A stretch of 64,000 nt of DNA, taken from positions 3,844,001 to 3,908,000 of the forward strand of contig CATNEN010000029.1 of assembly GCA_950097015.1 (NCBI GenBank), read 5' to 3'. The notes below the pieces were generated by a model that worked only from the letters and a program-made list of their open reading frames with translations, ran no database searches and had not been told where the DNA came from. Each line of letters begins with the position of its first letter. Within the stretch, counting starts at the first letter, position 1. This stretch comes from Macrostomum hystrix (Eukaryota; Animalia; Platyhelminthes). Shown here piece by piece: positions 57,361 to 64,000 of the stretch. A program made the translations under genes and the position numbers.

Positions 57361-60300
57361 TAATTTTCAGACCCGTTGTCTGGGTAATAGGGTTCCCATT
57401 TAAATTGAGGAATTTACAGTTTTCTGGTTTAGCTGCCTGGGCCCACGACCACGGTGGCGGTGGAGGCCATGCCAGACACGTCCTGGAGGACAGCCCGCAC
57501 AATGTCCTCAACCATTTTACTGGTCGATTCCACTGTGAGGAGCTCACCAGGCGGCCTGGACAGGGACCGCACAATCACCTGGGTCAGAGAGCGGGTGATC
57601 AGGGGCAACAGCATGCTCACCATCTGCTTCAAGTCAGTCTGCTGCTGCTGCTGCTGCTGTGGCTCACTGCCAGCATCCAGGGAGGGTGCAGCCTCATTGG
57701 CGCTCGTGCACCTGGCGCTGACAGTCTCGGCAGCCGGTCGGCAGCTGGCATCATCATTGCTGATGAACAGCGGCCGGATGGCGGCATTGACGGGCACGTT
57801 GCGGCGGCCTTGGCGCATCAGCCAGCCACTGTCCGAAGCGTCGGACATGTCGGCGGGCGCACTCGAGGCAGGCGGAGCATCCGTAGCCGCGGCTTCCGCA
57901 GCTCGCGCCGCAGCAGCTTTGGCCTCAGCTGCCGCCTTCGTCGCCTTGGCGTGCTCCTCCTGCGCAACAGTGCAGGCTCGGCTGGTCGTGCGGTGCTGAC
58001 CACCGCAGTTGGAGCATGTCGCCGGGCCTTCGTGCTGGCAGTCCTTCCAGGCATGCGCGCCGCCGCAGATTCTGCATCGCAGCTCTGCCTGGCACTGAGC
58101 TGCTCGGTGGCCGAACTGCTGGCAGCGCTGGCACTGCAGGGCGCGGACCGGCTCGTCGGTGCGGCTCTCTTCGCAGCTGAACTTCAGAAATTCAGTGCAG
58201 ATGCCTTCGCGAAGGCACTGGTCGAATGTCGCTCTCGACTTCGTAAAGATGCGCATGTACCGGGTGGCCTGTCCGGATGCTCGCGCACGGATCCGATGCA
58301 CACTCGTGATGTCGAGCTTCAGGGACTCGCGGAGCATGCTGGCGAATTCGGCTTCCGTGAAGGAAAACGGCACGTCGAGCGCCACAAAGGTGAGCAGTGG
58401 CTGCTGCCGTACTCTGTCAGCGCCAGTCCGGTTGTCCAGCGGCCGTGATCGTGCTGGTCGACGCTCGACACGGTGTCCGAGGAGGCTGTCCTGACGCAGA
58501 GCACCGCCTAGGAAGACGTTGTAATCCCGCTCAGTGGCCGGGAAAACTAGGTAGGCGGGCTGATTGGCCATTTCGGCTGTGTTGACGGCACGGGCATCGC
58601 CGGAAAAATTGGCCTGCAGCCAGGTGATGAAGGCCACCAGCTTGCCCGCCGCGTTTCGGTGAACTTCAAAGACCACCGGTGGAATGGCAGCCTGCGGTCT
58701 TCGCAATGGATCGCGGGCCGAAGCCACCTGCGCATAGGGCTGCGCTGTCGCAGCCTGGGTCGTTGAAGCCGCCGCCGCCGACGCCGCCGACGAACCCGTC
58801 ACCGCGGTCGCCGACGCTGCCGTCGCACCAGCCGCCGCACCTCGGCCGCCGCCGCCACCCCGCGTGCCTCGCTGTCTGCCGCCGCCGCCACCGCGGCTGC
58901 CTCGCTGCTGACCGCCGCCGCCGCGCTGACCACGTGCGCCGCGCTGACCACCGCCGCCGCGCTCTGCCTGCTGGTCCTGGGGCTGGCCTGGGTTGCCTTG
59001 CCGGTCGCTGAAGGGACCGCAGTCCAGTGGCTGGCTGTAGGTCGGGTCGTCGGGCGCCACCCTCTTGCGCCGCAGCTCCGGTTTGGTGACGCGGAACGTC
59101 AGCGAAATGCGGACGCCGGTCTGAGTGCGAGCTGCAGGCACCTGATGCTGCAGCCGCTTCTGACAATTTCCTCCCATCAGGATCAGCGATCCAGGGAGCG
59201 TCAGAAATCGGTGCGTGACGTTGCCGTCACGTCGACGCAACATAAAAGTGCGCTCAGCGCCGAAAGACACTGTCGCAATGGTCGGCTTGTCGCCGAGCTC
59301 CTCCTCGTCATCCGCATGCCACGGAATCCGGTCGTCTGGCTCGGTGTAGAAGTTCACCAGAACGGAGTTGAACTTCGGGACCTCGAGCCCAGCATCGTCG
59401 TAAAGGAAGTCACGAATGTCTTCGATTACGGGATGCCAGGTTTGGTTCTCCTTCAGCTCAACCCCGCTGTAGGTGTACGCCGGGCCGATCCAGAAGACAC
59501 GGCGCTGCTCGTGCGGGCGATGACGGAAGGCGAGTGGGAGCACGTCTTCTATCAGGCGCTGGTAGATCTGGTCGGCGACCTCGCCAAGAAAGTAGGGCGC
59601 ATAGACGATGTTGCAGTCACCCGCGTAGCTCGTCTTCTGACACTCGCTGAAGTCCGGCTCGTCAGGGAAGACGATTTGAGACACATCAGCCTCGGACTGT
59701 ACAGCGGTGGGCTTTGGGATAGTTGTTAGGGCACTTGCCATATCAGATGCCGTTGGCGCTGGCGCAGGTGCTGCCGCAGCCACGGTCTGTTGGGCAACCG
59801 TCTCGGCTGCCTCGGCTTCATCAACGGACATTTCGTTTAATTCAGCGGTCGCGGGGGCCGCAGTCCCTGCTGGAGGCTCGTCTTCGACGATGACAAGCCG
59901 ACCATCTGGCGGGCTGAGCGAGCCGCGGTCTTGGTCGCAGTTGGCCGGTTCTAAAATCTCGCTGGCCGGCATCGGAGTCGACATCAGCGCTGTCGCGACC
60001 TTCGGCTGTAGCTTGCGACTGGCATCCTCAGTGCGGCCGTACCGATGCTCGAGCGAGGGGCGGCCGTCGTGTTTTTTTGCAGTGGCGCTATTCGCAGCCA
60101 TGTGGTGTGATTTCTCACTAGTGCAGTCTGGGTGAGCAAAATAAACAAAGGGGGTAGGTGGCACGCAAAGTGCGCACTCAATGGAGGGGGTGGGGTGACA
60201 ACTAGACTAAAACAACAAGGACAGGGGGAGAGAAAAACATCAAAATAAAGCTAAAGCAGTAAAGAAAATACAAAGGACACTATAGGGAGCTTACTGGTGT

Positions 60301-60443
60301 ACTTTAAAAGTACCCCCTTCTAGGAATGGGGTTGCACAAATCAAGGAACACTCAATGAATGTACCTCTCCACGGAAATCTTTGTTGTTAAAACGAATTCC
60401 CCGAAGTACTGGGGAGCGGGTCAGTTCCGAGGAACTCTGCCGC
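57361..60443 (-). mobile_element. LINE copy B: 5' UTR, intact ORF1 and only the first ~70 nt after the ORF1 stop
   Basis: The sequence after the ORF1 stop matches copy A up to CTGAAAATTA, then joins copy C. The 5' boundary is inferred. Confidence 0.8.
57429..60101 (-). CDS. LINE ORF1 (890 aa from the first ATG): AlkB-family 2OG-Fe(II) dioxygenase (~59080-59610) + RGG linker + gag-like region with 3 CCHC knuckles (~57970-58134)
   Basis: FNSVLVNFY..WHADDE..IATVSFGAERTF..GSLILM..LQHQVP..RISLTFR; CQRCQQFGHRAAQC, CRICGGAHAWKDC and CSNCGGQHRTTSRAC; one uninterrupted frame with no introns. Confidence 0.92.
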   Translation of the reverse strand: MAANSATAKKHDGRPSLEHRYGRTEDASRKLQPKVATALMSTPMPASEILEPANCDQDRGSLSPPDGRLVIVEDEPPAGTAAPATAELNEMSVDEAEAAETVAQQTVAAAAPAPAPTASDMASALTTIPKPTAVQSEADVSQIVFPDEPDFSECQKTSYAGDCNIVYAPYFLGEVADQIYQRLIEDVLPLAFRHRPHEQRRVFWIGPAYTYSGVELKENQTWHPVIEDIRDFLYDDAGLEVPKFNSVLVNFYTEPDDRIPWHADDEEELGDKPTIATVSFGAERTFMLRRRDGNVTHRFLTLPGSLILMGGNCQKRLQHQVPAARTQTGVRISLTFRVTKPELRRKRVAPDDPTYSQPLDCGPFSDRQGNPGQPQDQQAERGGGGQRGARGQRGGGGQQRGSRGGGGGRQRGTRGGGGGRGAAAGATAASATAVTGSSAASAAAASTTQAATAQPYAQVASARDPLRRPQAAIPPVVFEVHRNAAGKLVAFITWLQANFSGDARAVNTAEMANQPAYLVFPATERDYNVFLGGALRQDSLLGHRVERRPARSRPLDNRTGADRVRQQPLLTFVALDVPFSFTEAEFASMLRESLKLDITSVHRIRARASGQATRYMRIFTKSRATFDQCLREGICTEFLKFSCEESRTDEPVRALQCQRCQQFGHRAAQCQAELRCRICGGAHAWKDCQHEGPATCSNCGGQHRTTSRACTVAQEEHAKATKAAAEAKAAAARAAEAAATDAPPASSAPADMSDASDSGWLMRQGRRNVPVNAAIRPLFISNDDASCRPAAETVSARCTSANEAAPSLDAGSEPQQQQQQQTDLKQMVSMLLPLITRSLTQVIVRSLSRPPGELLTVESTSKMVEDIVRAVLQDVSGMASTATVVVGPGS

Positions 60444-61058
60444 TATATTTTTTAATATATTTAATCGAAATTTATTTAAAATATACAAGCGTTTCGATCT
60501 GGATTATACGAATATTGAAAATAAAAATAAAACAATAAAACAATAATTCAATATTTGGCAATATTTGGGCACGCATTGGAAGATAAAAGGGGAGAAATAT
60601 ACAAAGGGAATCCCGCACAAAGAAGGGATCTAATAAAAAAGGGAAATCTAAAAAGCATGCATGCAAGATATTTGTGAGCGCAATTAAAAGCAATTAGAAT
60701 ATTTGTTAGCAAAAATAGAAAATAAAAATAGTAAATTAAACCATGAAATGCGAATTAAAAACATTTCTAGGCAATGCGGTACATATTACGTATAAAAATA
60801 GGCAAAAGTAAAAAGAAAGGATTTATTTGGGAATTAAAAACTCTGGTGTGTAAAGAGCTAGCAGTTTATGAGCAAATAGCAACATAACAAAAGCAAAAAG
60901 TACTTTTTAGGCAATAAAATCACGTTAATCAGTTTGAAAAAACGTAAAGAATATAATATCATAGCAGCTGAGCACTGCTCACCAGCCCTCTTGAGCTCAG
61001 GCAGCTATTTGAGTTTCATTTTGGTTTTTCTTTCAGGGCCATAGTTGTCAGAGACTGC

Positions 61059-61875
61059 TCAACCCTGGATTTGGAGTCGGTTCTGCCTGTTGATTTGTCC
61101 CCGCCTCAGGGTAGCCCACAGGACATTGAGGATGGGGACTCGGCCCGGAGCGCGAGGCAGCTCCGGCTCGATGTGGAAGCCGTGCAGCCGAGCTGCTCTC
61201 ATCTTGAGCAGCCAGGCCACACCGAGCTGTTTGACTCTGGCCGAGAGCATTGGCATGCCGGCCATTTTGTGAAGGTACTCGGTGCTCAGGTAGGAAGGCA
61301 CACCGTAGCAGATTCGCAGAGCAAGGTTCTGGATCTTTTGTAGCTTGATCTGGTTGGTGACGCAGATCAGAGTCAAGATTGGGGCGCCGTAGGTGAGAGC
61401 GCTCTCACCGTAGGCCCTGTACAGCATCTTGAGAGTGACGCTGCTCAGCTTGGTGATCTTAGCGATGCGGCACAGGGACATGACAATGGCCCTGCACGTA
61501 TTCGCCATGTTGTCGACGTGTTTATTTAGGCAAAGATTGGCGTCGAGGAGGACGCCTAGAAATTTTACTTCCTGACAGTAGGGGACCTCCGTCTGCCCCA
61601 GCTGCAGTTTGGGTCGCAAGTCGGCGCGAGCTGTCGGCTTGTAGTTGAAGGCGATGGCCTTGCTCTTGTCGGCATTCAGTCTGATGCCTTGCTTTCCGCA
61701 CCACTCCCAGACTTGTCTGAGGTAGCTCTGGAGGCATGTCCGCAGACCAGCAAAGGTGTCTGCGGAGGCCCAGATGGCCATGTCGTCAGCAAATTGACTG
61801 CGTTTCACGTTTGGATTCTCAGGAATCGGCATTGTGCTGACGTACAGCAGGTACAGGAGAGGACTCAAGATTGGT
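61059..61875 (-). pseudogene. ORF2 reverse transcriptase, C-terminal half only
   Basis: ILSPLLYLLY, QFADDMAIW, GIRLNADKS, VKFLGVLLD and LQKIQNLALR; no RNase H follows. Confidence 0.9.
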
Positions 61876-62975
61876 GAGCTTGCCGCTCTGGAAGGAAGTG
61901 ATTTCCCTTTTGATCCTGTTGGCCATTTGGTTGGCCAGCCTTTTAAAGTTTTCATCCCGGGTGCTGTTGAAGAGGCGTCTGAGTCGTCGGCGCTCTCTAA
62001 TCAGCTCAAGGATGTGCTTGGGCAGAGCATTTCGGCCACCACAGTCTGGCACAGTCGACTCAATGACCGTGTGGATGGCTTTTGTGATGAGCTCGACCTC
62101 GGCGTCGATTTGCTGAGCACTCGATAGGCGAGTCGGCTGTTCAGGAAGAAGGGCTTCACTGATCTTCAGCCTGAACTGATCCCAGTCGGTTTTGGAAAAG
62201 TTTTTCGGCTTAGCGGGACCTGCCCACTTTGCCGACTGAATGTTGAGGGTGAGGATGATTGGCAGGTGGTCGCTGTCCAGGTCGGGACCGACTGCAAAGT
62301 CCTGCACAAAGGGCAGAAAGTCCTCCGTGGCCAGGCCGAGGTCCAAGACATTCCTGGAAGTGACGCCATTCTTGGTGGCGATTCTGGTGAACTGGCCAAC
62401 TTGATTGAGGATGGTGGGCGAGGCCAGACCTTCAGAGAGCCAGTCGTACAGCTCATGGCCAGCCCTGTTGTTGCTGCTGTCACCGCCAAGGAAGCGGTGT
62501 CTGGCATTGAGGTCGCCAAGGAGAACACTGCGTCTGCGCGAGACCAGGCTCTTGAGCAGGTTCAGGTTCAGGTGGTAAGGTGCCGGAGACCTGTACACCA
62601 GAGCCAGATTAAAGTCGGCACCGTGGGAGTTGTCAGACAGGCAGACAGTGCAGGAGATGGCTTCATGGTTCACATTGTCGTAGTGCAAGCGAACATTTGT
62701 GAGTTTCACGCGCGGTGAGTGAGCAAGGAGCAGGCCGCGTCTGACATGCGGAGTGTCGTACCGGATGATGGAGTAGCCAGGGATCTGGACCGTGTGCGAA
62801 CTCTTGAGAATGGTTTCAGAGAAGAGAGCAATGTCTATCTCTTGACTAATGACCCATTGGGTGAGTTCTCTGCTTTTCGGGTGAAACCCTCTGCAGTTGA
62901 GGTGCATAATTTTCAGACCCGTTGTCTGGGTAATAGGGTTCCCATTTAAATTGAGGAATTTACAGTTTTCTGGTT
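61876..62975 (-). pseudogene. ORF2 apurinic-like endonuclease (APE) and tether
   Basis: LKIMHLNCRG, LFSET, VYRSP, LLGDLNARH, VLDLGL, SDHLPI, KTDWDQF. Confidence 0.92.
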
Positions 62976-64000
62976 TAGCTGCCTGGGCCCACGACCACGG
63001 TGGCGGTGGAGGCCATGCCAGACACGTCCTGGAGGACAGCCCGCACAATGTCCTCAACCATTTTACTGGTCGATTCCACTGTGAGGAGCTCACCAGGCGG
63101 CCTGGACAGGGCCCGCACAATCACCTGGGTCAGAGAGCGGGTGATCAGGGGCAACAGCATGCTCACCATCTGCTTCAAGTCAGTCTGCTGCTGCTGCTGT
63201 GGCTCACTGCCAGCGTCCAGGGAGGGTGCAGCCTCATTGGCGCTCGTGCACCTGGTGCTGACAGTCTCGGCAGCCGGTCGGCTCCTGGCATCATCGTTGC
63301 TGATGAACAGCGGCCGGATGGCGGCATTGACGGGCACGTTGCGGCGGCCTTGGCGCATCAGCCAGCCACTGTCCGAAGCGTCGGACACGTCGGCGGGCGC
63401 ACTCGAGGCAGGCGGAGCATCCGTAGCCGCGGCTTCCGCAGCTCGCGCCGCAGCAGCTTTGGCCTCAGCTGCCGCCTTCGTCGCCTTGGCGTGCTCCTCC
63501 TGCGCAACAGTGCAGGCTCGGCTGGTCGTGCGGTGCTGACCACCGCAGTTGGAGCATGTCGCCGGGCCTTCGTGCTGGCAGTCCTTCCAGGCATGCGAGC
63601 CGCCGCAGATTCGGCATCGCAGCTCCACCTGGCACTGAGCTGCACGGTGGCCGAACTGCTGGCAGCGCTGGCACTGCAGGGCGCGGACCGGCTCGTCGGT
63701 GCGGCTCTCTTCGCAGCTGAACTTCAGAAAGTCAGTGCAGATGCCTTCGCGAAGGCACTAGTCGAATGTCGCTCTCGACTTCGTAAAGATGCGCATGTAC
63801 CGGGTGGCCTGCCCGGATGCTCGCGCACGGATCCGATGCACACTCGTGATGTCGAGCTTCAGGGACTCGCGGAGCATGCTGGCGAATTCGGCTTCCGTGA
63901 AGGAAAACGGCACGTCGAGCGCCACAAAGGTGAGCAGTGGCTGCTGCCGTACTCTGTCAGCGCCAGTCCGGTTGTCCAGCGGCCGTGATCGTGCTGGTCG

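Larger units (their letters stand above)
60444..64000 (-). mobile_element. LINE copy A (Jockey/I-group): 3' half of ORF1, ORF2 with an internal deletion, and 3' UTR; continues beyond the window
   Basis: ORF1 is near-identical to copy B (offset 5540) with a TAG at 63758-63760. APE and RT follow; AATAAA-equivalent at 60471-60476. Confidence 0.88.

Noticed and set aside
57276-58448. Long plus-strand ORFs opposite LINE ORF1 (also 62897-63988)
   Set aside because: Antisense shadows of GC-rich coding sequence, with no recognisable domains.
59080-59610. Ordinary host ALKBH2/3 gene
   Set aside because: Intron-less, in frame with gag knuckles and embedded between LINE parts; capture from a host gene remains a possible origin.
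60398-60450. HDV-like ribozyme (AGT-TCCTCGGA-ACT resembles P3/L3)
   Set aside because: No upstream P1 partner and no GG for P1.1 after the putative P1 3' strand; simple hairpins explain it.

Overview
Eukaryotic (invertebrate metazoan) genomic DNA with GC-rich exons, GT-AG introns and minisatellite-filled introns; the style is consistent with a flatworm such as Macrostomum (inference only). Host genes reconstructed with phase-consistent splice sites: a SARA/endofin C-terminal-domain gene (+), a copine-like tandem-C2 gene (-), a divergent TRPC-like channel (-), TMEM97 (+), eRF3/GSPT (+), NOP56 (+), and two GT14 core-2/I-branching GlcNAc-transferase paralogs (+) sharing a near-identical 1.37-kb tract. 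Mobile DNA includes a Merlin element with TIRs and an 8-bp TSD, a Sola2-like transposase relic, hAT-, CMC- and Harbinger-like MITEs, tRNA-derived SINEs, and Gypsy, RTE and Polinton-type integrase relics. The standout is the last 8 kb: a head-to-tail array of a Jockey/I-group non-LTR retrotransposon. One copy has an intact 890-aa ORF1 that fuses an AlkB-family (ALKBH2/3-like) 2OG-Fe(II) dioxygenase with all catalytic residues, an RGG-rich linker and a gag-like region with three CCHC knuckles. No database searches could be run, so novelty statements are unverified.
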